Assembly: GCA_043802315.1 (NCBI GenBank)
Contig: JAZDLE010000036.1
Coordinates: 1-44,285 of the forward strand
DNA: 44,285 bases
Source: Nitrospirota bacterium
Lineage (GTDB): Bacteria; Nitrospirota; Thermodesulfovibrionia; Thermodesulfovibrionales; SM23-35
Reading direction: 5' to 3'
The position numbers and the translations under genes are program-made. Positions 28,047 through 37,319 of this stretch are shown here, piece after piece. Below the pieces are notes generated by a model that saw only the letters and a list, made by a program, of their open reading frames with translations, had not been told where the DNA came from and searched no databases. Every line of letters starts with the position of its first letter. Position 1 is the first letter of the stretch.

Positions 28047-28224
28047 TCTCATCGAGAAGGAACTCGTAACGCTGACAGAGAAGTTAGAAGAGATGGGCGC
28101 TTCCCTGGAAGAAATAGAGGATATAAAGCTCGAGCTCAAGGGTCTAAAACTTTTTCTTGGAAGGGCATACCCGGATTTCAAAAGCAAGTTCCCTGAGATA
28201 ATGAAGAAGATTTACAAAAAGTAA
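28012..28224 (+). CDS. Small coiled-coil protein, function unknown
   Basis: 70 aa. An AAGGAG sequence lies 7 nt upstream of ATG 28012. The composition is heptad-like and rich in E, K and L. It overlaps the deoC tail by 35 nt. Confidence 0.4.
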   Translation: MKEERISKEKINLIEKELVTLTEKLEEMGASLEEIEDIKLELKGLKLFLGRAYPDFKSKFPEIMKKIYKK

Positions 28225-28251
28225 AGCTCTGGCAGCGAAGGAATAGTTTTC

Positions 28252-28881
28252 TTACAGTTCGATATGGAAAAATTCCTCAGTCCCTTTGACCGTAATAAAG
28301 GCCTTTACTCCTTTTATACCCTCCGCGGCTCGATAATATAAAACTCCTCCGAGCTGTAAATGTGGTGGTATTTTATAGCTCTTCAGTAGAAGGTCTTCCT
28401 TTCTTTCAATGTCAGCCTCAGCGGTCTGTCTCTTTGCAAGTTCAGCAGTGCCTGCTGCGCCTGCAAGGGCGAGGGCAGCCCTGGCAAAGGTTGTTCTATC
28501 CTTTGAGGAAGGCGCTATTATTGCCGCAATGCCAGTAGCAATTGCACCAACCGTCAAAGGTGTTATCCACTTACCGGTTTTTCTATGAACCCGTTCGTTA
28601 ATCTCATATGACTTGAGAGGAATAAGATCATATCCCTTTTCATTCGTAAGGAAAACCTGGGTTGCATCAAAATATATTTCCTCATCCGTCTCATTTGCTA
28701 TTGCTACTTCAAGCCCAGACCAATTCTTTGTGTAGCCAAAAGATATGAGTCGAAGGGTCACGCCATTTGTCTTTATTGCGAGGGGTTTCTCTTTAGGCAG
28801 TTCTTGGTATGTAGGCTTCGTAGGTCCTGCACACCCGGAAATAAAGAAGGCAATAAGAAATATGCAAACAATCTTACTCAC
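28252..28881 (-). CDS. Lipoprotein, function unknown
   Basis: 209 aa. It has a signal peptide with the lipobox FFISGC and an internal Gly/Ala-zipper hydrophobic stretch (LTVGAIATGIAAIIAP). Confidence 0.55.
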   Translation of the reverse strand: MSKIVCIFLIAFFISGCAGPTKPTYQELPKEKPLAIKTNGVTLRLISFGYTKNWSGLEVAIANETDEEIYFDATQVFLTNEKGYDLIPLKSYEINERVHRKTGKWITPLTVGAIATGIAAIIAPSSKDRTTFARAALALAGAAGTAELAKRQTAEADIERKEDLLLKSYKIPPHLQLGGVLYYRAAEGIKGVKAFITVKGTEEFFHIEL

Positions 28882-28892
28882 TGAACCGTGTC

Positions 28893-29609
28893 TTATCTTG
28901 CAATTGGGTTTTTCTTAAGAACAGTAGAGCGATCTCCATTACGGAGGACATCGATAATACTGTGAAGTGATTCTTCATGGAGCTTCTTAATGTCCTCTTT
29001 TTTGACAGGGATTAAAAGGTTTCTATCGATGAAATCACCAAATTTCTCCTTATTGAGACCTGAGAGGAAGAGCATTCCTTTGAAGATCCTTTTATTGGTT
29101 TTGAAAGAGAAAAATACACGATCGAGAGATCTTTCAAGGAATCTATCATTTCTGTATTGAATAACTCTGTCAATACCTCTTGCTTGAACCCAGTATTTCC
29201 TGTCAATGAGGCTGTCTGCCCGCAATTCAATAAAGGTATGCTCGATATTTTTTCTGCGGGTATATATGCCATGAGCGACGGTATCAGCGGCCAGATGACT
29301 TATATAGCCAAGGGAGAAAGCCTTTTCTGAAGATTTTTTTGAAGATTCTAAAAGACTGAATGCGACCTCCCAGGTATGGGAATTTTTCTCTAAGGGCAGA
29401 AGGTTCTTTGCCAGGATGATATCAGCCATAAGATTTCCATAAAGGTAGTCACCTCTGTACTTCTTTAAAAGGTTGAATACCCACACAGGCAAGAGAGAAC
29501 CAAAATAATAAATCTCGCTACCAAGATAGGTGTGAGTTAAAGGCCCCCATGCAAAGGCAAAAGAAGGAATAAGTATAAAAAATATGACCAGGAATAGTCG
29601 TAAAAACAT
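28893..29609 (-). CDS. Zinc-dependent phospholipase C-like family protein
   Basis: 238 aa. A signal peptide is followed by WGPLTHTYLG (mature N-terminal W plus H zinc ligands) and HLAADTVAH. Confidence 0.6.
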   Translation of the reverse strand: MFLRLFLVIFFILIPSFAFAWGPLTHTYLGSEIYYFGSLLPVWVFNLLKKYRGDYLYGNLMADIILAKNLLPLEKNSHTWEVAFSLLESSKKSSEKAFSLGYISHLAADTVAHGIYTRRKNIEHTFIELRADSLIDRKYWVQARGIDRVIQYRNDRFLERSLDRVFFSFKTNKRIFKGMLFLSGLNKEKFGDFIDRNLLIPVKKEDIKKLHEESLHSIIDVLRNGDRSTVLKKNPIAR

Positions 29610-29734
29610 TTAGGTAATTATAACAGATAGTTCATATCCAATCAAGGCATTCCTGCTAACAGGTTCTCTTCACGCTTTACTTTTAAGTTCCTTTTATTGA
29701 TAATTTATATGGAGAAGAGACTTTAAGATGCTGG

Positions 29735-30418
29735 ATGCCTTCAATGGCTGCAAAAAAAAGTAAGAAGGAACTGAATACTGAAGAAGTCCCTTCAAGTAAA
29801 TTTGAAGGGACTTTCTATCCACAGAGGGTCGTATTAGATACCAGCCTTTTTGTAAATCCAGATGTAAGAAAAGGTTTTGGTGATACACCTACAGAGGCTC
29901 TTGAGGCATTCCTTTTCTTGGCTGCTCAGATCCATATACTCGAGTTTTATATGCCCCCATCAATTCTTGAGGAGCTCCTGCATTTTGTTGAAAAGGATAA
30001 AATACCTGAGGACTTACTCCTGATACTCCATCAAAAGCCTCCCAAAAAACATGAATTAAAATGCCCGGCTTTTCTTCTATATGAATTGATAGAGGATATC
30101 AGGGAGAGGGTGAATAAAGGGCTAAGAATTGCTGAAAAGGCTGTAAGAGGTGTTGAAACAAAAGGTTCAGATGAAATTATTCAAGACCTGAGGCGGAAGT
30201 ATCGAGAGGCATTGAGAGAAGGCATAATAGATAGCAAGGAAGATGTTGACCTTCTCTTGCTCGCAATGGAGTTGGACGCCATGCTGGTTACCGCTGATCA
30301 AGGCTTAATAAAATGGGCAGAGAAGTTAGGGATAAAATGGTTATTCCCGGAGAAATTTAAGAGTTACCTTTTGGGGGCAATTAAAAGATCCGGTCTCCTT
30401 ACAGGAAAGGTTAAATAG
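29735..30418 (+). CDS. RNA ligase partner protein (PIN-like, MJ_0950 family)
   Basis: 227 aa. ..RVVLDTSLFVNPDVRKGFG.., ..FYMPPSILEEL..F and ..LVTADQGL.. match my recollection of the archaeal 'RNA ligase partner' family. It lies opposite an Rnl3-type ligase gene. Confidence 0.65.
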   Translation: MPSMAAKKSKKELNTEEVPSSKFEGTFYPQRVVLDTSLFVNPDVRKGFGDTPTEALEAFLFLAAQIHILEFYMPPSILEELLHFVEKDKIPEDLLLILHQKPPKKHELKCPAFLLYELIEDIRERVNKGLRIAEKAVRGVETKGSDEIIQDLRRKYREALREGIIDSKEDVDLLLLAMELDAMLVTADQGLIKWAEKLGIKWLFPEKFKSYLLGAIKRSGLLTGKVK

Positions 30419-30467
30419 GAAATGCTCACTTCTTTTAGCCATTTAATTCAAAGATTTCATACCAGAA

Positions 30468-30592
30468 GGAAGGATATAGTATTTTGAGCGACTTCCCGGT
30501 CGTATCGACCTCCGAGGCTTTTGCCTCTTGATTTTCATATAAATACACTCTGACTATCGGCAAAAGAATCCGCTCAAAAACTATATCCTCCC
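30468..30592. ncRNA. 125-nt structured element: a ~21-bp terminal stem enclosing three small hairpins; candidate ncRNA, bidirectional terminator or MITE-like element
   Basis: The left arm ggaaggatatagtattttgagcg (30468-30490) pairs with the right arm cgctcaaaaactatatcctccc (30571-30592), with one bulge. Inside are ggtcg-tat-cgacc (30498-30510), gaggc-tttt-gcctc (30514-30527) and cttttgcc..ggcaaaag (30518-30525 / 30559-30566; its left arm overlaps the preceding hairpin). Confidence 0.45.
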
Positions 30593-30613
30593 TGATTTTA
30601 TGAACAATAAAAG

Positions 30614-31729
30614 TCAGTCAAAAAATCCGTGCCCCATCAGTCTATGGCGGATTTCCCTTGTTCCCTCGGTATAAATCCTGTGAAATTTCGTTTTGTAGAA
30701 ATGGTCTACCTTTTCTATGGAAAGGAGTTTTGTACTCACCCCAGATCGTTTAAGATGCTCCATTAATTCATATATCGTGTTTTTACTTATCACGTTAATC
30801 TCGAAAGATTCTCTTACATTCCCACCGTCAGCTACCTCTTTTAAGACCTTCTGTGGTGATAGGCACAATGCCTTCGCAGATTCCAGGAGGAAGTGATCAT
30901 CTAAAGCAACACCGAATTCATGGCAGAAGAAGATGGCCCTGAGGATCCTCTGTATGTAAAACCCTGCGGGAAGCTCTGTTATAAGATTGGATGAGGCCTG
31001 TAAATCTCTGAGGCACGATGAAAGGGTGACAAATTTGATCTGCTTTCCACTGGAGACTGGTTTTATTACGATACCTTCTCTTCCATCTTTATCAAGTCCA
31101 AGAACAACCTCTCTTGCCTTATCCACATCAGATACACTGAAAGGTCCCCATCTTCTTACCTGTGGGATTTTGAATTGCTCGAGGATTGAGTAACGCTCCT
31201 CTATAGAAATTTTTCTGCTCCTCGTATCGAAGATATCGAAGGAGAAAAAGAGTACATCTTCATTGATATAAGGAATAATCTCTGTGTTGTAAGGACTGCC
31301 AGGACCTACAACCTCGCCGTTGATTATGTATCCTGGGTACTTATGGAAAAAGGTGAGATCAATCAGATCCGGGATTCTGTTTGTTGTGAAAGGACAGACA
31401 AAACCTCCCCTGGTAAAGGCAATGGAGTGCCCATTTATTGTTACTATCCTGACATTGTACCCGTCAACTTTCTCCTCAATGTAGAATTTTTCTTTGAAGT
31501 AGCGTTTTATTCCATTTTCAAGATGTAAAACCCTCATTATTCTTTGGTAGCCTGGTATGAGACCACCCTCATAAAAAATAGTGCCCCTTGGGTAATTTTT
31601 GTAGTCCTGTGTGAGTCTTATGAGAATGAGTTCCTTAAATTGGTCTGTATGAAGAGCATCCTTCTTTTGAAGTTTTGTTATTTCTTCTTTCGTTAAATAT
31701 TTCCCTAAAAAGGATGAAGCGGTTTCCAT
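30614..31729 (-). CDS. ATP-dependent RNA ligase, Pab1020 / Rnl3 family
   Basis: 371 aa. The nucleotidyl-transferase motif I is in YIEEKVDGYNVRIV (KxDG). Also present are ..FTRGGFVCPFTT.., ..INGEVVG.. and ..EGIVIK... The length and layout resemble the archaeal homodimeric RNA ligase. Confidence 0.7.
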   Translation of the reverse strand: METASSFLGKYLTKEEITKLQKKDALHTDQFKELILIRLTQDYKNYPRGTIFYEGGLIPGYQRIMRVLHLENGIKRYFKEKFYIEEKVDGYNVRIVTINGHSIAFTRGGFVCPFTTNRIPDLIDLTFFHKYPGYIINGEVVGPGSPYNTEIIPYINEDVLFFSFDIFDTRSRKISIEERYSILEQFKIPQVRRWGPFSVSDVDKAREVVLGLDKDGREGIVIKPVSSGKQIKFVTLSSCLRDLQASSNLITELPAGFYIQRILRAIFFCHEFGVALDDHFLLESAKALCLSPQKVLKEVADGGNVRESFEINVISKNTIYELMEHLKRSGVSTKLLSIEKVDHFYKTKFHRIYTEGTREIRHRLMGHGFFD

Positions 31730-31779
31730 ATGTACAAGATAAGTAAAAATATGTTGTTTTTTTAATCTGTCATATGTGT

Positions 31780-32322
31780 TTACTTTTGAGTTGTTTCCCT
31801 GTTTTTGTCTTCACTCACAAGTCCTATTATAAAGTTCACATATTCTTCCTCATTATTGAGACGGAATCTTTTAACAGTTTTGGGAGTTTCTTTTGGGGGG
31901 TTCTTATCGAAGATAACGGCGTCAGCCATGCTGAGGATTTTTTCTGCACCTCTCTTGAGTCCTTCATTTCCAGATACAAATACTACAATATCAGGTTTTA
32001 AAACCTCAACCGCACTGTTTCCTTCAAGGATGATTCCCTTTAGATGTGAAAGCCTATCAATGGCTATCTGAAGGATCTCTTGAAGGTCTTCAGACGGTGA
32101 CCGAACCCAGAGAACATCCTGTGCGCCGGCATCAAGGAGCCTGTTGGTGTCCTTCTTTTTCTGTCTCAATATTTCAGGACTGTCAACTATAGAGCTATAG
32201 AATGAAGTCTTCGTGTATTTTATAGCACCCCATCCGCTCAGTCTTTTAAGGATTTGGCAGGCAATGGTGGTCTTTCCAACCTTGCTATGGGCACCACCAA
32301 TCCCTATGATAAATGGCCTCAT
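31780..32322 (-). CDS. MobB-like P-loop NTPase
   Basis: 180 aa with GIGGAHSKVGKTT (Walker A), ..IKYTK.., ..DTNRLLDAGA.. and ..GIILEGNS.. These resemble the MobB pattern (IKH.., KDS.R...AGA, .vEGFK). Confidence 0.45.
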   Translation of the reverse strand: MRPFIIGIGGAHSKVGKTTIACQILKRLSGWGAIKYTKTSFYSSIVDSPEILRQKKKDTNRLLDAGAQDVLWVRSPSEDLQEILQIAIDRLSHLKGIILEGNSAVEVLKPDIVVFVSGNEGLKRGAEKILSMADAVIFDKNPPKETPKTVKRFRLNNEEEYVNFIIGLVSEDKNRETTQK

Positions 32323-32326
32323 CCGA

Positions 32327-34666
32327 TTAAGAGTTAAGACTGATGTCTGTCTCTTTTATCTCCTCTTTGTACCCGCATTTCTTGTCATGGCAGAAATGTA
32401 TTACCTTTCCTGTTCTGTCTCTTTTCTCGAGGAGAAACTCAGCACCGCAATGAGGGCACTTTACAGGTATAGGTTTATACCATAAAGCGAATCGGCATGC
32501 TGGATAGTTCCTGCAGCTCCAGAAAGGTTTCCCTCTTCTTGAGCGTCTTTCTACGATATCACCTCCATCCTGTGGGCATTTCATGCCCGTTGACAGAGGT
32601 TTCGTATTTTTGCATTCAGGATATTTTGAACAGGCAAGGAATTTACCATATCGCCCTGTCTTTATGACCATAGGTGAACCACACTTTTCACATACTTCTT
32701 TCGTTTCCTGAGCAATATTTTCTGTGCCCTGTTCCTTGTGCTCTGCGTTCTCGGTGTGAAGAGGTTTTGCATTTTTACATTTAGGGAATCCAGAACATGC
32801 TAGGAATCTTCCGTGTCTTCCCCACCGTATGACCATGGGAAGGCCACACTTCTCACATGTTTCATCAGTAGGTATATCTTCTGGTTTTATCCTCCCCTTC
32901 GTTTTTTCAACTTCTGCAAGGTCATGGCTGAAGGAGCCATAAAAGTCTTTTACCACCTTCACCCACTTCATCTTTCCTTCTTCAATGCGGTCAAGCTTGT
33001 CTTCCATCTTTGCAGTAAAATCAACATCTATGAGCTCAGGGAATCTTTCAACAAGAAAATCATTGACGACAATACCAAGATCCGTAGGGGAAAACTTGCC
33101 ATTTGTCTTTTGGACATATTTCCTCTCCTGGACTGTTGAAAGGATTGTTGCGTATGTGCTTGGCCTGCCAATACCCTTTTCCTCAAGGGCCTTGATGAGT
33201 GTTGCCTCCGTATAATGTGGTGGTGGCTGTGTGAAATGCTGTCTCGGTAGCAAATTGAGAAGTTGTAATCGTTCCCCTTCTTTTAAGGCTGGCAATGTCA
33301 GGCCCTCTTCATCTTCCACTTCATCTTTCCCTTCCGTATACAAGGCCATGAAGCCATCGAAACGGATTACTGTTCCTGATGCCCTGAACTCACTGATGTC
33401 CAACCCCTGGTCTCTATCCCCTATTATAAAGGTCGTCTGATCAAGCTGTGCTGGTGCCATCTGGCTTGATATGAACCGATTCCATATCAGCACATAGAGG
33501 GAATACTGGTCTTTTGAAAGAAATTGTTTTACCTCCTCTGGCCTTTTCTCAGGATAGGTTGGTCTTATAGCCTCATGTGCTTCCTGTGCGGTTGCCTTGC
33601 TTTTATAAACAGGAGGTTTCTCAGGTATATAATCTTTCCCATAAATTCTCCCGATACAATCCCTGGCCCATTCCAGCGCCTCAGAGGCTACCCTGAAGGA
33701 ATCTGTTCTCATATAGGTGATGAGTCCTACTGCGCCTTCTTCAGCAAGTTCGATACCCTCGTAAAGTTGTTGCGCTATTGTCATGGTCTTTTTTGCAGAA
33801 AATCTTAGTTTCCTTACTGCTTCTTGCTGAAGTGTGCTTGTAATGAAAGGCGGGTAAGGCATCCTCGTCCTTCGTTTATGCTCTATCTTGCTTAATACAA
33901 AATCTTTATTTTTCAGGTTTTCTACTAATGTATTTGCAGCATCCTCGTTCGGGATGAGAAATTTGCTCCCTGTTTCTGGCTGCCCATAAGCCGTAGACGG
34001 GTGTATTTTGTGAAGCCTTGCCCAGAACCGAGGAGGTTGAGACCCCTCAAATTCTGCGTTTATGCTCCAGTATTCTTCAGATTTGAATGCCTTAATCTCT
34101 CGCTCTCTGTCCACAGTCAGCCTTACTGCAACAGACTGTACCCTTCCCGCACTGAGCCCCCCCCTTACCTTTTTCCATAAAAGAGGGCTGAGTTTATAGC
34201 CGACAAGCCGGTCAAGTATCCTTCGAGCCTGCTGGGCATCTACCTTTTTCATGTCTATTCTGCCAGGGTTTTTTATTGCTTCTCGTACAGCCCGTTCTGT
34301 TATTTCATTAAAAATGATCCTGTATATCTTTCCGTTTAAGGATTTAAGGTCTGAGATTTCCGATGCAATGTGCCATGCAATTGCTTCTCCCTCTCTGTCA
34401 GGGTCAGAAGCAAGAAAAATCTCATCGGCATCCTTTGATGCCTTCCTGAGTTCTTTAATGATTTTTTCTTTACCCGGGATTACCACGTATTTAGGTTTAA
34501 AGTTATTCTTTTCATCAACCCCGATCTCTTTCTTAGGAAGATCTTTTACATGACCGATAGATGCCTTTACGGCGAATCCCTTTCCAAGTATCTTATAAAG
34601 GGTCTTTGCCTTTGCAGGTGACTCAACAATGACAAGGCTGTTGTGACTAGATTCTGTTGATTTCAT
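32327..34666 (-). CDS. topA: DNA topoisomerase I with four C-terminal zinc ribbons
   Basis: 779 aa with Toprim LVIVESPAKAKT, ..DPDREGEAI.. and the active-site region ..ITYMRTDS... Four C4-type ribbons are present (CEKCG..CSGFPKC, CEKCG..CSKYPEC, CPQDG..CRNYPAC, CPHCG..CHDKKC). Confidence 0.95.
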   Translation of the reverse strand: MKSTESSHNSLVIVESPAKAKTLYKILGKGFAVKASIGHVKDLPKKEIGVDEKNNFKPKYVVIPGKEKIIKELRKASKDADEIFLASDPDREGEAIAWHIASEISDLKSLNGKIYRIIFNEITERAVREAIKNPGRIDMKKVDAQQARRILDRLVGYKLSPLLWKKVRGGLSAGRVQSVAVRLTVDREREIKAFKSEEYWSINAEFEGSQPPRFWARLHKIHPSTAYGQPETGSKFLIPNEDAANTLVENLKNKDFVLSKIEHKRRTRMPYPPFITSTLQQEAVRKLRFSAKKTMTIAQQLYEGIELAEEGAVGLITYMRTDSFRVASEALEWARDCIGRIYGKDYIPEKPPVYKSKATAQEAHEAIRPTYPEKRPEEVKQFLSKDQYSLYVLIWNRFISSQMAPAQLDQTTFIIGDRDQGLDISEFRASGTVIRFDGFMALYTEGKDEVEDEEGLTLPALKEGERLQLLNLLPRQHFTQPPPHYTEATLIKALEEKGIGRPSTYATILSTVQERKYVQKTNGKFSPTDLGIVVNDFLVERFPELIDVDFTAKMEDKLDRIEEGKMKWVKVVKDFYGSFSHDLAEVEKTKGRIKPEDIPTDETCEKCGLPMVIRWGRHGRFLACSGFPKCKNAKPLHTENAEHKEQGTENIAQETKEVCEKCGSPMVIKTGRYGKFLACSKYPECKNTKPLSTGMKCPQDGGDIVERRSRRGKPFWSCRNYPACRFALWYKPIPVKCPHCGAEFLLEKRDRTGKVIHFCHDKKCGYKEEIKETDISLNS

Positions 34667-35751
34667 ACAAGATAAAACCTATTTCCCATTGTTTGTCGTA
34701 TGGCACCTTTTAGTTCTAAACCAAGAAGTATTTCGAGTACCTTTGATGTTGGTAATCCACTCTCCCGAGAAATACTATCTATATGTTTTGGTTCTCCAGA
34801 GAGCAAGTTGCAGAGGTTCTTTTCTTCATCTGTTACTTCTATCTTCGACTTCTCTTTTGATCGTATAAATCCTTTTAAAATAGGCGCGAGTTCCTCAACA
34901 ATATCTTCTGTCCTCCGCGTGAGAACCGCTCCCCGTTTAATAAGTTCATTTGTACCTTCTGAAGTAGACGAAGTTATATTACCAGGAACCGCGAAGACCT
35001 CTCTACCCTGTTCAAGGGCATATCCTGTTGTGATCAGGGATCCACTATCAGAGGTAGCCTCTATTACGAGCACACCAAGAGAAAGTCCACTAATTATTCT
35101 GTTTCTCCGTGGAAAGTTTTCTCTATCAGGAGAAGTCCCTGGGGGAAATTCGCTTATTACACAACCAGATCCTGCAATTTTATCCATCAAACCTTTGTTC
35201 TCTGAAGGATAGGGAACATCAAGCCCAGATCCAAGTACTGCTATGGTTCTCCCACCTGCTCTTAACGCCCCCTTATGGGATATTGAATCAATACCCCTTG
35301 CCATTCCGCTCACAATGGTAAAACCCATAGATGCAAGTTCCCCTGAAATATTTTCTGTAACCGATGTCCCGTAAGGTGTAGGCTTGCGGGAACCAACAAT
35401 GGCGATCGCATATCTGTCTTGTGGTTGCATATCTCCCTTTATGTAAAGGACAACAGGTGCGTCTTGTATTTCCCTAAGCATTTCTGGATAAGAAGAGTCA
35501 CGAAGGCTTACAACATTTATACCCTTTTTCTCCAAAACCGTAATTTGTTTATCAACGACTTCCCAGAGAGAAAATCCTTTTATATTTTTAGCCCTGTTTA
35601 TCCCTATTCCTTCTAATGAAAGGAGATCATCCATTTTTGCATCAAAGATTCTTTCAGGTGTCTTAAACAGGGAAAGCAGTTTCCTTGCGAAAACAGGGCC
35701 TATATCCGGCACCACGGATAATGCAATCCAGTACCTGAGATCTGATATCAT
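34663..35751 (-). CDS. dprA: DNA-processing protein A (Smf)
   Basis: MISDLRYWIALSVVPDIGP.., ..IVGSRKPTPYG.. and ..IVSGMARGIDS.AH.GAL are DprA signatures. ATG 35751 is preferred over the tracked 35829. The stop overlaps the topA start. Confidence 0.9.
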   Translation of the reverse strand: MISDLRYWIALSVVPDIGPVFARKLLSLFKTPERIFDAKMDDLLSLEGIGINRAKNIKGFSLWEVVDKQITVLEKKGINVVSLRDSSYPEMLREIQDAPVVLYIKGDMQPQDRYAIAIVGSRKPTPYGTSVTENISGELASMGFTIVSGMARGIDSISHKGALRAGGRTIAVLGSGLDVPYPSENKGLMDKIAGSGCVISEFPPGTSPDRENFPRRNRIISGLSLGVLVIEATSDSGSLITTGYALEQGREVFAVPGNITSSTSEGTNELIKRGAVLTRRTEDIVEELAPILKGFIRSKEKSKIEVTDEEKNLCNLLSGEPKHIDSISRESGLPTSKVLEILLGLELKGAIRQTMGNRFYLV

Positions 35752-35837
35752 AATCTTCAATTTGGAGACCTGGTGAGACGGAGACACAGAGATATTTCTT
35801 CCTCCCTGTTTCCCCGTCTCTCCATGCATTGCGTCGT

Positions 35838-37025
35838 TTATTTCAACAGGTGTTTTACCCTCAGCCGCAGGGCATTGAGTTTTATAAAACCTTCTGCATC
35901 TTTCTGATTATATACATTTTCTGCTTCAAATGTTGCAAGCCCGGGGTGATAAAGAGAATTTGGAGATTTTCTTCCGACGACGTAACAATTTCCCTTATAT
36001 ATCTTGATCCTGACTGTACCATTAACATCTTTCTGTACATCATCCATGAGGGTCTGCAATGCTTTCCTCTCCGGAGAAAACCAGTATCCATAATATATAA
36101 GCTCAGAATAGCGCGTTATCAGTGAGTCTCTGAGGTGCAGTATCTCCCTGTCAAGGGTTATTGACTCTATTGCCCTGTGGGCAACATGGAGAACTGTGCC
36201 TCCAGGAGTTTCATAAACGCCCCTTGATTTAATTCCGACATATCTGTTTTCTACCATATCAACCCTTCCAACTCCATGTTCACCAGCAAAGTGGTTCAAT
36301 CTCGCAAGCAGGGTTGCTGGAGACAAAAGTTCATTATTGATTGCAACAGGGTCACCTTTCTCATAAGAGATTTCAACAGAGAGAGGCTTATCAGGTGCCT
36401 TCTCAGGCGGTACGATCATGGTATACATGTCGGGTGGGGGTTCCTGCCAGGGGTCTTCCAGAATTCCTCCTTCGTAGCTGATGTGAAAGAGGTTCCTATC
36501 GGTACTATAAGGTTTTTCCTTTGTTGCTGTAACAGGGATACCATGCTTTTCGGCATATTCAATCAGGGATTGCCTTGAATTGAATGGCCATTCCCTCCAT
36601 GGTGCTATAACCTTTATGGTAGGTTTAAATGCATAATAGGTTAGTTCAAATCTCACCTGGTCATTACCCTTTCCAGTCGCACCATGGGCAACAGCCTCAG
36701 CGCCTTCCTTCTCTGCTATCTCAATCTGTCTCTTAGCAATAAGAGGTCTCGCTATTGACGTCCCGAGCAGATATGAACCCTCGTAAACTGCATTTGCCCT
36801 GAGCATGGGGAATATATAGTCTTTTACGAACTCCTCTTTTAAGTCCTCTACATAAACTTTTGCTGCACCCGTCTTCAATGCCTTTTCTCTTATGGGATCT
36901 GTCTCTTCTCCCTGGCCAAGATCCGCATAGAAGGCAATTATTTCTGTGCTGTACTGCTCTTTTAGCCATTTTATTGCCACGGAGGTATCAAGACCTCCCG
37001 AGTATGCAAGGATTATTTTATTCAT
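35838..37025 (-). CDS. argG: Argininosuccinate synthase
   Basis: 395 aa with [12 protein letters not shown].., ..[15 protein letters not shown].. and ..STDRNL.HIS.EG.. motifs. Confidence 0.95.
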   Translation of the reverse strand: MNKIILAYSGGLDTSVAIKWLKEQYSTEIIAFYADLGQGEETDPIREKALKTGAAKVYVEDLKEEFVKDYIFPMLRANAVYEGSYLLGTSIARPLIAKRQIEIAEKEGAEAVAHGATGKGNDQVRFELTYYAFKPTIKVIAPWREWPFNSRQSLIEYAEKHGIPVTATKEKPYSTDRNLFHISYEGGILEDPWQEPPPDMYTMIVPPEKAPDKPLSVEISYEKGDPVAINNELLSPATLLARLNHFAGEHGVGRVDMVENRYVGIKSRGVYETPGGTVLHVAHRAIESITLDREILHLRDSLITRYSELIYYGYWFSPERKALQTLMDDVQKDVNGTVRIKIYKGNCYVVGRKSPNSLYHPGLATFEAENVYNQKDAEGFIKLNALRLRVKHLLK

Positions 37026-37042
37026 TCAAACCCCCTCTATGA

Positions 37043-37089
37043 GCAGAGAGCTAAGAGCACCTGTACACTCATAGCTCTTAGCTCTCTGC
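37043..37089. repeat. Perfect 16-bp inverted repeat GCAGAGAGCTAAGAGC - 15 nt - GCTCTTAGCTCTCTGC
   Basis: Read directly from the sequence. It lies 18 nt upstream of the argG start codon (in the 5' leader on the - strand) and 230 nt downstream of the fur stop. Confidence 0.85.
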
Positions 37090-37164
37090 TATGAGCTTCT
37101 TCAAGTCATAAAACCATAGCATAAATCTAAAAAAAATGTAAAATGCATCAATGGAAAATTAAGT

Positions 37165-37208
37165 AATCCCCCCCGCCCCCCCTTGAGAACAGGGGGGGCG
37201 GGGGGGAT
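37165..37208. repeat. G/C-tract nested palindrome (intact, intergenic copy)
   Basis: aatcccccccgcccccccttgagaacagggggggcggggggatt. Confidence 0.85.
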
Positions 37209-37319
37209 TTGAATGATTATTTTTGGAGAAAAATATAAAACACTCTTGAACAAGGTCTAAATTTCAGCTCAAGAATAAAGGGGAATGATGAGAGGGTGGA
37301 GCTATCGAGAGAGCGGAAT

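Noticed and set aside
35771-35830. A hairpin (gagacgg..ccgtctc) downstream of argG as an intrinsic terminator.
   Set aside because: The stem is only 7 bp, the loop is about 31 nt, and no U-tract follows. The region also overlaps the spurious dprA N-terminal extension.
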